From: Alphaproteobacteria bacterium
Lineage (GTDB): Bacteria > Pseudomonadota > Alphaproteobacteria > UBA828
Direction of reading: 5' to 3'
DNA: 64,000 nt
Assembly: GCA_963667785.2 (NCBI GenBank)
Contig: CAXXMU010000006.1
Span: 1 to 64,000, forward strand
The notes under the pieces were generated by a model. It saw only the letters and a list, made by a program, of their open reading frames with translations. It did no database searches and was not told the DNA's origin. Positions 1 through 10,439 of the stretch are shown here, piece after piece. The first letter of the stretch is position 1. Every line of letters begins with the position of its first letter. The translations under genes and the position numbers were made by a program.

Positions 1-2317
1 TTGTCGGGATAGACCCTGTTGGCCCGAGCGATCGCTTGCATCAGCGTGTGCGCCTTCATGGGCTTGTCGATGTAGAGGGTGGACAGGCATTCCACGTCGA
101 AGCCCGTCATCCACATCGCGCAGACGACGGCGACACGTAAGGGGTGCTCGGGGTTCTTGAAGGCGGTCTCCACATCGACTCGCTCGCCATCTGCGGTCTC
201 GAAACCCCGCTTCATGCGGTCGCGGTGGGGAATGATGTCGAAGCCCCACTTCTTGAAATCGGCTACCTCGTTCTGCGCCTCGCTGATGATGAGCTCGACG
301 ACGGTCTCGTCCAGCCATGCTGCCTGGGCCGACAGCCTGTCAGCCTCCTCCACGAGCGCAGCTCGGACGACCCCATCGCCGGCCGTCCAGACTTCGGCTC
401 GCTTCGTGCTTGCCGCCGCACGGACCTCCGCCGCCTTCGCCTTCCAAGTCGGCTGGATGAGCTGGAGCATGCGGGCACAGGTAATCTTGTCGATGCACAC
501 CAGCATCGACTTGCCCGATTCCCACCGAGTCGCGCAGTGTTCGACGAAATCGTCGGCGATCTTGGCCAGACGTTCGTCGGCGGTGATCACCTCGTAGTCT
601 TTGCCCAGCAGCTTCTCGAGCAGGGCCTCCTGATCAGGGTCGAGTTCGGCATCCTCGATCTTCTCTGCGATCCGCTCGTTCAGATCGAGCCGGGCGACGC
701 CAGCTTCTCGCCCCTATTCTCGTAGACCCAGTTTGACGGTCGCGCCGTCTTCCTCCGAGCGCTTAAAGTCGTAGCGCGAGACATAGTCGCCGAAGATGCG
801 CTTGGTGAGCTCATCCTGTTTGAACAGCGGCGTTCCGGTGAAGCCGATGAAGGCGGCGTTCGGCAACGCGCTACGCATGTTGCGCGCCAGCCGCCCCGCC
901 TGCGTGCGATGCGCCTCGTCGGAGATGACGATGATGTCGTCGCGCTCGCTGTAGGGCTCCTCCGGATTGACGTCCTTGTGAAACTTGTGGATCAGGCTGA
1001 AGACGTAGCGGTGGTTTTCGCCCAACAGACGCTCCAGATCGTCGCCTGAAGCCGCCCGCGGGGTCCGGTCGTCGGCGACGCTGCAGCCGACGAAGGTCCC
1101 GTAGATCTGGCTATCCAGGTCGTTGCGGTCGGTCATCAGCAGGAAGGTGAAGTTGCCCTCCAGCTTCCGCCGCACCTTCTCGGCGAAGAACGCCATGGAG
1201 TAGGACTTGCCGCTGCCCTGCGTGTGCCAGAACACGCCGAGCCGGCCGAGGTCGGGATGCGCCGTTCTGGAAAGGTGAGCGGGCCCGCAGGGATGTACGG
1301 CGACGGCGCCTCGGCTGCAAGCAGCACCTTGGCGCTCTCGCCTGGTGCGCGCGGCTGCAGCGGCAGTTCGACGACCCCGATGCCTGAGACGCCTCTCCGG
1401 CGGGAACTCCCGCTTCAGCTCCTCCTGCCGCGCCACCGACGCCACCGCCCTGTTGACCCCCAGCACCTGGTGGTTGCGCGCGATCACCTTCCGCGTCGCG
1501 CCCGCCTTGCTGTCGTCGAACAGGATGAAGTTCTCGACGACGTCCAGCAGCCGGTCATGCGCCAGCATGCCGTTCAGCAGCCGCTCGGCATCCAGGCTGC
1601 CCTTGTCCGCTCGTCGAGCGCGTCGAGCCGCTTCCACTCGGCGAAGTGCTCCCACTCGCTGGTGATGGAGCCGTAGCGGGCGTGGTCGCCGTTCGAGACG
1701 ATGAGGAAGGCGTTGTGGTGGAAGGCATGCGCGATGACGTTCTCGCCCATGTAGTCGGAGAGGTTGTTGTCGAAGCCCTCGCGGATGTTCCTGTAGACGG
1801 CCTTGAGCTCGACGAAGACCAGCGGTAGGCCGTTGACGAAACAGACCAGATCGGCGCGGCGGTTGTAGTTCGGCGTCCGGATGCCGGTGAGCTTCAACTC
1901 GCGCACGGCGAGAAAGCGGTTGGAACCCGGCGCATTGTCGAAGTCGATTACCCGGGCGCGGGCGGTCTTCCGGCGGCCCCGGGCATCTGGATACTCGACG
2001 GGCACACCGCTGCGAAGCAGGCGATAGAAGTCGCGGTTGTGCTGCACCATCGAGCGGCTGACGTCGTAGACGGTCAGCGCCCGCATCGCGTCCGCGATGG
2101 CCGATTCCGGCAGGTCGGGATTGAGACGTTCAAGAGCCGCGCGCAGGTCGCGCGTCAGCACGGCTTCCTTCGTGTCGGCCCGGCCAAGGGTCCCGTCTGG
2201 CCCGAAAGTCTCTTCGTTCCAGGCGTAGACGCTCTCCCACCCCAGCACCTGCTCGAGATGCTCTGCGAAGGTCTTCTGAACGAGCCGGTCCTCGCTGTTG
2301 ATGGACGTTACCGCCAA
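1..2317 (-). CDS. hsdR: Type I restriction enzyme subunit R, running off the left edge and broken by about 5 indels in this sequence
   Basis: Stitched frames give the nuclease motif ADLVCFVNGLPLVFVELK, Walker A WHTQGSGKSYSM, DEAH box (ISDEAHRTQ), GFTGTP, and downstream MWMTGFDV and TLMQAIARANRV. TTG start with GGAG upstream; lies downstream of hsdM-hsdS. Confidence 0.93.
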
Positions 2318-2348
2318 CGGTTGTCTCCGCGTGCGGTGACCACACGCA

Positions 2349-3543
2349 TCAAACCGCGATCTCCCCGTTCATCAGGCGAGGCAAGAGGAGGTCACGGGCC
2401 TGCGCCAACTTTTTCATTCTGATTAGTGAGGCACAAAACTTGTTCATCAATAGCAGCCGCGTGAGATTCAAATTCCTTTATCAATCGTGGGATGGGGTCA
2501 ATAAGCGCCTGACTTTCGAGCTCTTTCTTATTCGTCGCCGCGTAGATTGATCCCGAGCCGATGATATCTTCTGTATGAAAGTGGCTCTTCAACGCATAAA
2601 ACAAATGGGATTGCTGAGCAGCTCGCGAACGGATGGCGGCAAGTCCCCTTCCCAAAACTATTTTGTTTCGGGTAATGTTGATCCGCCCCACAGGAGCGCG
2701 AACGCTGACAAGAATATCGCCCGCCTCAGCGACCCTCGTCACCGCCGAAGAGTAGATGCGGTCTGTGAGGAAGCGTTGTCCGTAGCCTGTTACGCCCTGA
2801 TGAAAGGGTAAGCCTTCACCGATTTCGTTGTAGTAGACAGACTTAGGGCTCTGCCCCATAACCACCTCAGCAATCTCAATGAGGGACTTCCACTCCCACC
2901 CCTCAGGGAGGCCGTCGGTGATCTTGGCGTGTTCGTGACCAGGGAAGCGGAAGTGGACGAACCACTCGCGGTAGAGCAGCCGCGCTGCTTCCTCCAGCAA
3001 CGCAATCCGCCGCCGGTTGTTCTCGATCAGGTCGTCGTAAGCAGAAAGTAAGTCCGATATCTTTCGTTGAATAGAGGCTGGAGGAGTCCGCACCTTAATT
3101 GCGTAAATTCGCTTCGGAGCTGTGTGCCTGACTTTCGTTCCGGAGGCGGTAGCGCGAATTTGTCCTCTTATTTGCGCTGTGTTGAACAGCCGATACAAAA
3201 ACCCCTTATCCAACTTGGCCTCGTCGAGATTTTCGACTAATCCTATGCGTTGATTGTGCAGATAACTTCCGTCTGCCGGAATCAGGGCACTACTTCCCAG
3301 TAAACCCTCTCCCTGTTCTGTCATCGCAATCACCAAATCACCGGGTTGCAAGATAAACTCGTCGGGCGGCTCGATGGTATAGAAGCGATCCTTACCAGGT
3401 CGAGATCGGAAGCCACCTGGCTCGAAAAAATTGCCTGGTGTCAAAACGATGTGTTCGCCACTGTCTCCAAAATACTGACTCTTGAAGGCCGCACCATGCT
3501 TGATGGTGAAGCAGTCGCCTAGAGCAATCTCTTGCCAGCTCAC
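2349..3543 (-). CDS. hsdS: Type I RM specificity subunit S (one +1 indel near the 3' end; ORF track stops at 2392)
   Basis: Two TRDs separated by the conserved spacer YDDLIENNRRRIALLEEAARLLYREWFVHFRFPGHE. Removing one A from the A5 run near 2410-2414 restores the typical end KLAQARDLLLPRLMNGEIAV* (stop at 2349-2351). Confidence 0.92.
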
Positions 3544-5654
3544 GCCACCAAGTCCTCGAGATTTCTGGCTATCCGCTCAGCGAGTTCGGTCGCCTCTGCA
3601 TTCAGCCCCCTAAGATCGATATGGATCGATCGTATTGCCTCTTCGAAGTCGAAATCGTCATCGTCCTCCTCGGGCGCGACACCGACATAGCGGCCGGGGG
3701 TCAGGCTCCAGTCGTGCGCCTCGATCTCGGCGCGATCGACCAGCTTCACCAACCCCTCGACAGCCCGCAGCTCCGCATCAGGAAAGCGCTCCTGCAGCCA
3801 GTCCGCCTGTCGCACGAAGTACCGCGTCCGCCGCAGCGCCTCGATCGTCCCGACCCGCGCGCCCTCCAGAGCCTTGCGCGCCTTGTTGATGTCCTTGTTG
3901 GCCCAGAGTTCGGATCCCCGCGCATCGAGCTCCTTTACGGCAATGTCGACCACGCGGCCCGCGAGCTTGGTGGCGAGGTCGACTTGTCTGGTCAGATCCC
4001 GGCAGCGCTGGGACGAATCGTGCAGGCCTTCGCGCGCCGTATGCAGCGACGCACTGTCGCGCGTTGGTCCGTTCCCGCCCTTCGCCCAGTCGGTAGCCCG
4101 AGCGGCGACCTCGAGTCCGAATTCCTCGATGTCGGCCGACAGTGTGGCCTGCGCGGTCGTCAGTTCCTCCCACGTATCCGCCATCGGATCGGGATCGCGC
4201 TTCTCGGTCGCGAAGGGTTCTGCCAAATCAATCAGCGCGCCCAATGCCTCCTCGAAACTCTCCAGAGGCTCATCGGTCGCCTGGCCTTCCGCGATGGCCT
4301 GCGAGAGGTAGCTCTCCACCAACTTGAGAAACCGCTCCGTTTGCCCCCGATAAAGCCAGACGATGGCGGCAATGTTCCTCTGCTGCTCCGGGCTGAAGTC
4401 GAAGATGGCGCGCGTGACCTTGCGATAGACGTTGCGCGCATCGAGCATCAGCACATGGTCGCGCCGGGCCTCGTCACGTTCCTTCGCACGGTCCAGGAAC
4501 CAGAGCTGGCAGGGCACCGTGCGGGTGTAGAAGAAGTTGCCGCGGATATCGATCATCACGTCGACGGCGCCGGTCTCCACCAGCTTCTGCCGCACCTTGG
4601 CTTCGTCCCGCCCGGCGCTGGAGGCCTGCGACGACATCACGATTCCGGCGCGGCCGTTCTCGTTCAGGTAGCTGTAGAAATATTGAAGCCACAGATAGTT
4701 GGCGTTCGAGACCTTCTTGGCCTTGTTCACACCCGGCAGCCCGAAGGGCAGCCGCTTGTCGCCCTTGACCTTCTCTGCGTCGACCTCGTCGACGTTGAAG
4801 GGCGGATTGGCCATCACGAAGTCGCACGCGCCCACCAGCTCGTGCGGATCCTTATAGTAAGTGATGGCCTCGTTCCCGGCCCGGATGCCGCCCTCCAGCC
4901 CGTGTACGGCGAGATTGATCTGGGCCAGCCTTGCTGTGGTCTCGTTCTTCTCGTGACCGAAGAAGGTCACCCGCTTCATCGTGTCCTGGCCTTCAGCCTC
5001 GATGAAGTGGCTCGACTGCACGAACATGCCGCCCGAGCCGCAGGCGGGATCGAAGACGACGCCGTGGCCGGGCTCGATCACGTTGACGATGGTCTGGACG
5101 ATCGAGGGCGGTGTGAAGAACTCGCCGTTGTCGTGCGCGCGCTGCTTCGAGAACTCCGCGAGGAAGTATTCGTTGATGCGGCCGAACACGTCGCCCGAGG
5201 CCGTGCGCAGCGCCTCGGAATCGAAGGCGCGCATCATCTCCTCGAGGACATCGTCCTCGAAGTGCGTGTAGTCCTTCGGCAACTGCCCGGCAAGCGGCGG
5301 GGAATGGGCCTCCACGGCCTCCATGGCGGCAGTCACCTTGGCGCCGAGAGTGCCGTCCTTCGGCCGCTCCAGCAGCACGTCATAGCGTGCCGCCTCAGGC
5401 AGCATCAGGGCGCGGCGGCTCTTGAAATCATCCTCCACGAGCGGCCTATCGGGCATTCCCCCGGAAGCCTTGTCGGCTTCGACGGCCTCCAGCGCCGCGT
5501 AGTAGCGGTTTGTCGCATGGCGCAGGAAGATCAGGCCCAGGATGGGCATGAAGTACTCGTTCGACGCGAGGTTCGAATTGGCCCGCAGGCCATCCGCGAC
5601 CTTCCAGAGGTCCGCCTCGAACTGCTCGATGCCGGTGAGGTGATCCGCAATCAT
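3540..5654 (-). CDS. hsdM: Type I RM N6-adenine DNA methyltransferase subunit M
   Basis: N-terminal LWKVADGLRANS, GEFFTP, motif I DPACGSGGMF, motif IV NPPF, C-terminal SLTPGRYVG; overlaps the hsdS start. Confidence 0.96.
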   Translation of the reverse strand: MIADHLTGIEQFEADLWKVADGLRANSNLASNEYFMPILGLIFLRHATNRYYAALEAVEADKASGGMPDRPLVEDDFKSRRALMLPEAARYDVLLERPKDGTLGAKVTAAMEAVEAHSPPLAGQLPKDYTHFEDDVLEEMMRAFDSEALRTASGDVFGRINEYFLAEFSKQRAHDNGEFFTPPSIVQTIVNVIEPGHGVVFDPACGSGGMFVQSSHFIEAEGQDTMKRVTFFGHEKNETTARLAQINLAVHGLEGGIRAGNEAITYYKDPHELVGACDFVMANPPFNVDEVDAEKVKGDKRLPFGLPGVNKAKKVSNANYLWLQYFYSYLNENGRAGIVMSSQASSAGRDEAKVRQKLVETGAVDVMIDIRGNFFYTRTVPCQLWFLDRAKERDEARRDHVLMLDARNVYRKVTRAIFDFSPEQQRNIAAIVWLYRGQTERFLKLVESYLSQAIAEGQATDEPLESFEEALGALIDLAEPFATEKRDPDPMADTWEELTTAQATLSADIEEFGLEVAARATDWAKGGNGPTRDSASLHTAREGLHDSSQRCRDLTRQVDLATKLAGRVVDIAVKELDARGSELWANKDINKARKALEGARVGTIEALRRTRYFVRQADWLQERFPDAELRAVEGLVKLVDRAEIEAHDWSLTPGRYVGVAPEEDDDDFDFEEAIRSIHIDLRGLNAEATELAERIARNLEDLVA

Positions 5655-5930
5655 TCTTCTGTCGTCACTCCCGCGTTCCCCTCTATCGAGGCCGCCTCCA
5701 ACCCCTGCGGCGCCCCCAGCCGCTCATGCCTCTCGCCCGCCGGCACGACGACAGCGGACCAACCGTGCCCGACAGCCACAATCGCCCCGGCGCACGCAAG
5801 CTGGTTGGACCGTTCCAAGTCTCACGCCGCGTCCTTCCCGTTCCAGGCCTGCATGCTTCCCTGTAGAGCGAGGCCAGTAACGGTCAAATTGACCCAATCC
5901 GCAACAGACTCCCTCCGTCGTCTGAGGCAG

Positions 5931-6286
5931 ATGGAAATTCACGTGACCGTTCCTCGTCTTCCGGGCCAGATCGACCGAGAGTTTTTGGTTTGGACCACAG
6001 GGCGTGCGAACTGATGGCAAAGACCGAAGGAACACTGAGCGTGATCGCGGCCGTCGGCAAAGTGCGGACCGATGCATTTGCCGGGAGGCCGGCCGAGCTG
6101 GTGAACGCGCTGTAGGCAGGGACGGGCACCGCCGACGAGCTCGACATTGACATCATTGCAGGCAAGGAGGCTCAGCTTCTGGAGTGTGCACGCAAGGCAA
6201 TCGTTGCTGCGCCGCGCAAGCTCTCCGCGACCTCCCGAATGCGCTTCCCCGAGATGGCCCGTGACGGGCCCCGGGAGCCCCAGTGA
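5931..6286 (+). pseudogene. Possible degraded gene remnants (27-codon ORF coupled by TGATG to a 90-codon frame with an internal TAG)
   Basis: ATG at 5931 after GAGG, stop/start overlap at 6012-6016, in-frame TAG at 6113-6115, TGA at 6284-6286; no recognisable family. Confidence 0.25.
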
Positions 6287-6464
6287 TAGCCGGACCGGCC
6301 CGCCTTCAGAGCCGCGGCGGGCTCCCCGAGTCGGGACAGTACGGAGGGTGCTGCCGGGATGCCGACTACCTGACCCTGCCGCGGGAACCGATGCGACGAC
6401 CGGGTTGCTCCGAGGCCAAAGGCATGTGTGCTAGCATACGCGCGCGATCGGTGCGGGGTCAGAT

Positions 6465-7700
6465 GTGAGTGAGGGCACGCTGGGTCTGCTGGAGGGGGTG
6501 AGGGTGGTGAGCTTCAACCACTTCCTCATGGGGCCCCATGCCATGCAGACGCTCGGCGATCTCGGCGCGGACGTGATCGCCATAGAGCCGCTGGCAGGCG
6601 CGTTCCAGCGGCAATGGGGCGGAGCGGACAAGAAGATCGACGGCCAGACGACGCTCTTCCTCTGTGCCAACAGGAACAAGCGCAGCCTCGCGCTCGATCT
6701 GAAATCTGACGAAGGCCGGGAGGTCGCGTGGAAGCTGATCGCCCGCGCCGATGTGATCAGCGAGAACTTTCGCGTCGGCGTGATGGAGAAGCTGGGCTTC
6801 GGCTACGACGCCGTGAAGGCGACGAATCCAAGCGTGATCTATGCCTCTGCCTCGGGATTCGGCCCCGACGGCCCCTATGCCAAGCGGCCCGGCCAGGACC
6901 TACTCGTCCAGGCGCTGTCGGGCCTCGCGGCAATCACGGGCAACGTGAACGACCGCGCGCGGGCCGTCGGCGTCTCTGCCGCCGACGTGCATGGCGGGAC
7001 CCTGTTGGCTTCGGGAATCCTTGCGGCCCTGGTGCGCCGCGCACGGACCGGCGAAGGGTGCAGGGTAGACGTCAATCTGCTGTCGGCCGCGATTGATCTT
7101 CAGTCCGAATCGTTCTGCACCTATCTCAACGGCCCGCGGCCCGACGACGTGCGCCAGCCGCGCAGTCTGGCCGGCTGGTACTACCCCGCGCCCTACGGCA
7201 TCTACGCCACGGCGGACGGCCATATCGCGATCTCCTTCTCCGATCACGCGCACCTGGCCGACGCGCTCTCGCTGCCGGAGCTCGCGGCGATCCCCAACGA
7301 AGCGGGCTACGCCCGGCGCGAGGAGATCGCCGCGCTCATCGCGCCCGTGCTGGAAACGCGCAGCACGGAGGCGTGGCTCGACGCGTTCGAGGGACGCAAC
7401 ATCTGGTGCGCGCCGGTCAACGACTACGAGGGCGTTCTGCGGGACCCCCAGGTGCGGCACAACGAGTGCTTTCGGACGATTCCCGGCGCGACGGGGACGC
7501 CGATCGCGATCGTCGGCCACCCCATTCGCTACGACGGCGAGACGCCGAACGTGACGCTGCCGCCTCAGCCCCTCGGTGCGCAGACCGAGGACGTGCTGCG
7601 CGAGATCGGCTACGAGGACAACGCCATCAAACGACTAGAGGCGGTCGGGGCGATCGGAATCCATCGGCCGCGGGCGCCCGGCCCGCCGTGCAAGGGCTGA
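6465..7700 (+). CDS. CaiB/BaiF family III CoA-transferase
   Basis: LGDLGADVIAIEP, NRNKRSLALDLK, ENFRVGVMEKLGFGY, GFGPDGPY..RPGQDLLVQALSG. Confidence 0.93.
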   Translation: MSEGTLGLLEGVRVVSFNHFLMGPHAMQTLGDLGADVIAIEPLAGAFQRQWGGADKKIDGQTTLFLCANRNKRSLALDLKSDEGREVAWKLIARADVISENFRVGVMEKLGFGYDAVKATNPSVIYASASGFGPDGPYAKRPGQDLLVQALSGLAAITGNVNDRARAVGVSAADVHGGTLLASGILAALVRRARTGEGCRVDVNLLSAAIDLQSESFCTYLNGPRPDDVRQPRSLAGWYYPAPYGIYATADGHIAISFSDHAHLADALSLPELAAIPNEAGYARREEIAALIAPVLETRSTEAWLDAFEGRNIWCAPVNDYEGVLRDPQVRHNECFRTIPGATGTPIAIVGHPIRYDGETPNVTLPPQPLGAQTEDVLREIGYEDNAIKRLEAVGAIGIHRPRAPGPPCKG

Positions 7701-7728
7701 GCGAAGACAACACAGATCGGAGCGAGTG

Positions 7729-8166
7729 ATGTCCGACTTCCATGTGAGCGTCGGCGAGCAGGTGAGGTTCTCCAAGACCGTCGGCGAGAGCGACATCTAT
7801 CTGTTCGCGGGCATTACCGGCGACTTGTCGGGCAACCACGTGAACGAGCAATACATGTCGAAGTCGGCGTTCGGGCACCGCATCGCCCACGGGGCTCTGC
7901 TGATCGGCTTCATGTCGACCACGTCGACCATGATGATCGCCCGCTGCGTCGACCGCGGGATCGACGAGACCCCCGTCTCGCTCGGCTATGACCGCATCCG
8001 ATTCACCGGACCCGTCTATATCAACGACACCGTGAGCGTGACCTACACAATCGCCGAGATCGACGAGGAGCGCCGTCGCTCGCGCGCCGACATCGAGGTG
8101 ATCAACCAGGAGGGCGAGACCGTGGCGGTGGCGCAGCACATCCTCAAGTGGGTGCCCGACGCCTAG
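7729..8166 (+). CDS. MaoC-like (R)-specific enoyl-CoA hydratase/dehydratase (hotdog fold)
   Basis: FAGITGDLSGNHVN...FGHRIAHG hydratase motif; RFTGPVYINDTV. Confidence 0.9.
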   Translation: MSDFHVSVGEQVRFSKTVGESDIYLFAGITGDLSGNHVNEQYMSKSAFGHRIAHGALLIGFMSTTSTMMIARCVDRGIDETPVSLGYDRIRFTGPVYINDTVSVTYTIAEIDEERRRSRADIEVINQEGETVAVAQHILKWVPDA

Positions 8167-8206
8167 TGCAGGTCGACTCCTGGTCGCGTGCCGAGGCCGG
8201 TAAGCC

Positions 8207-9397
8207 GTGCCGACACTGACCGACGAACGGCGGGCGCTCTATTCGGGCGCGCTCGACCTGCTAGCGGTGAAAATTCTCGAGGACGAGGCGAGGATTGGCG
8301 CCGCCTTTCCCTATGCCACCGAAGAGACCGGGGCGTGGCGCACCATGCCCGCCTCGCTGTCCGCCGGCTATTCCGGCGATGCGTGGAGCCACGGCAACTG
8401 GTTCTGCGGATTCTGGGTCGGGCTGCTGATCGCGTGCCATCTCCACACCGGCAAGGGGCGCTACCTCGACCTCGCCCGCGAGCGCATGCGTCTCGTGGCC
8501 TCGCGCTGCGAGGATCCCAACACCCACGACATCGGGTTCATCTTCGAGAGCAGCGCGGTGCCTGCGCACCATGTCACGGGCGATGGCTGGTTCGCCGATC
8601 TCGCGATCCGGGCTGCGGAGCGGCTGCGAGCGCGCCTGATCACCACGCCGGCCGGCGCCTATCTCTCGTCCTGGGGCCCGCTCGACGACCGGCGCGGCCG
8701 GCTCAGCTCGGCCATCGACACGATGGCAAACCTGCCGCTCCTGTACTGGGCCTCAGCCCACAGTGGCGAGAGGAGCTTTCGCCTCGCCGGCGAGGCGCAT
8801 GCCCGCATAACCCGCGATACCTTCATCCGCGCCGATCATTCGACCTTCCACGCAGTCGAATATAACGAGGCGGGGCAGCGGGCGCGGGGCTACACCTTCC
8901 AGGGCCATGCCAACGACAGCCTCTGGTCGCGCGGCCAGGCATGGGCGATCTACGGTTATGCGGCCACGGCCGCGGCAACGCGCAGCCGCGCCTTTTTCGA
9001 GGTGGCGGAGGCGCTGGGCCGGCGCTATCTTGAGCGTCTCGGCGACCAACCGGTTCCCTACTGGGACTTCGACGATCCGGCGATCTCCGACGCGCCGCGG
9101 GATTCGTCCGCAGCGGCGATCACGGCCGCAGGCTTCCTCGCCATGGCGCGCCTGCATCCGGACCCGGAGAAGGGCGCCGCATGGCGCGGACATGCGCAGG
9201 CCGTGCTGGACTGCCTGTGCACGGACTATCTCGCGCACGAGGATTGGCACCGCGGCCTGTTGAAGCACGGCTGCTATTCGGTCCCGCACCGGGACGGCGT
9301 CGACAGCGCCGTGCTCTTCGGCGACTACTTCTTCGTCGAGGCGCTCATGGCCGCGCTCGCGCCGGGCACTTTCCTGCCAGAGCCGGAGCCCCTCTGA
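8207..9397 (+). CDS. Glycoside hydrolase family 88 (unsaturated glucuronyl hydrolase-like)
   Basis: WFCGFWVG, THDIGF and AIDTMANL (both catalytic Asp positions), WSRGQAWAIYG, RDSSAAAI, GDYFFVEAL; no signal peptide. Confidence 0.9.
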   Translation: MPTLTDERRALYSGALDLLAVKILEDEARIGAAFPYATEETGAWRTMPASLSAGYSGDAWSHGNWFCGFWVGLLIACHLHTGKGRYLDLARERMRLVASRCEDPNTHDIGFIFESSAVPAHHVTGDGWFADLAIRAAERLRARLITTPAGAYLSSWGPLDDRRGRLSSAIDTMANLPLLYWASAHSGERSFRLAGEAHARITRDTFIRADHSTFHAVEYNEAGQRARGYTFQGHANDSLWSRGQAWAIYGYAATAAATRSRAFFEVAEALGRRYLERLGDQPVPYWDFDDPAISDAPRDSSAAAITAAGFLAMARLHPDPEKGAAWRGHAQAVLDCLCTDYLAHEDWHRGLLKHGCYSVPHRDGVDSAVLFGDYFFVEALMAALAPGTFLPEPEPL

Positions 9398-9434
9398 GCC
9401 CGGACTCTTCCCGCGAAGGACGGTGGTGGGGTGG

Positions 9435-10439
9435 TTATCCGGGCCCCCTGGGTTCGCGACGGGCCAGATTGAGGAGCTCGGGCGCCTTGCCAGAAAAGAC
9501 CACGATCAGGATGATCGCGCCCACGACCAGAGTCTCCCAGGCCGGCTCAATGCCGAACAGGTTGATGATGTTCTGAATTATCGTGAGCGCGAGCGCGCCG
9601 AGCACGGCGCCCAGTATGCTTCCGCGCCCGCCGGTCAGGACCGCACCCCCCATGATCGCCGCGGCCAGCGCCTTGATCTCCATTCCGAGACCCATGTTCG
9701 CCTGGACCGTCATCAGACGGCCCGCCAGTAGGATGCCGACGACGCCGGCGAGAAAGCCGGAGATGATGTAGATGGTGTACTTCGTGCGGATGACGTTGAC
9801 GCCGGAAAGACGCGCGATAGCCGGATTGTCGCCGGTCGCCCGCAAGTGCCGGCCGAATTTGGTGAAGAGGAGGATGAGGATCGCGCCGACGATGATGAAG
9901 AAGGCGATGACCTCGGGCGCCGTGATGCCACCGATGAGGCGGAAGAGACCGCCAAGGATGCGGAAATCGTTGCTGCTGTAATTGATGAAGGGCACGCCCT
10001 CGGTCCAGATGTGCAACAACCCACGCACGAAGCCCAGCATGGCGAGCGTCGCGATGAAGTCGGGGATGCGCAGGTGAATGATGATCAGCGCATTGAGCGT
10101 GCCCAGACCGACTGCCACCACCAGACCGACCAGGATGGCGCCATAAAGAGGCGTACCCGTCTCGGCGATCAGCCAGGCGGCGACGCCACCGACCAGCCCG
10201 GCAATCGCACCGACCGAGAGATCGATGCCGCCTCCCATGAGCACGATTGCCATGCCGGCCGCCAGTATCATAAGGAAGGCCGACTGGTTGAGGATGTTGA
10301 GCAGGTTGATCGAGGTGAGGAAGACCGGCGAGGCGAAGCTCATCACCACGAAGACCACGATCACAAAGAGCGCGATACCGCTCCACGGTTGGGCGAATGC
10401 CCATCGCGCCGAGCGGCGGGCGAAGCCCAGCGCGTTCAT
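9435..10439 (-). CDS. Sugar ABC transporter permease (RbsC-like)
   Basis: GGIDLSVGA, FGRHLRATGDNPAIARLSGV, AAAIMGGAVLTGGRGS; many transmembrane segments. Confidence 0.93.
   Translation of the reverse strand: MNALGFARRSARWAFAQPWSGIALFVIVVFVVMSFASPVFLTSINLLNILNQSAFLMILAAGMAIVLMGGGIDLSVGAIAGLVGGVAAWLIAETGTPLYGAILVGLVVAVGLGTLNALIIIHLRIPDFIATLAMLGFVRGLLHIWTEGVPFINYSSNDFRILGGLFRLIGGITAPEVIAFFIIVGAILILLFTKFGRHLRATGDNPAIARLSGVNVIRTKYTIYIISGFLAGVVGILLAGRLMTVQANMGLGMEIKALAAAIMGGAVLTGGRGSILGAVLGALALTIIQNIINLFGIEPAWETLVVGAIILIVVFSGKAPELLNLARREPRGPG

Noticed and set aside
2410-2414. Phase-variable homopolymer in hsdS
   Set aside because: A five-base run is too short for typical slipped-strand switching; a read error or point mutation is more likely.
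3621-6014. 797-aa plus-strand ORF
   Set aside because: Antisense shadow of hsdM in high-GC DNA; no motifs.
6113-6115. Pyrrolysine or programmed amber readthrough
   Set aside because: No pyl genes in the window and the frame has no recognisable family.
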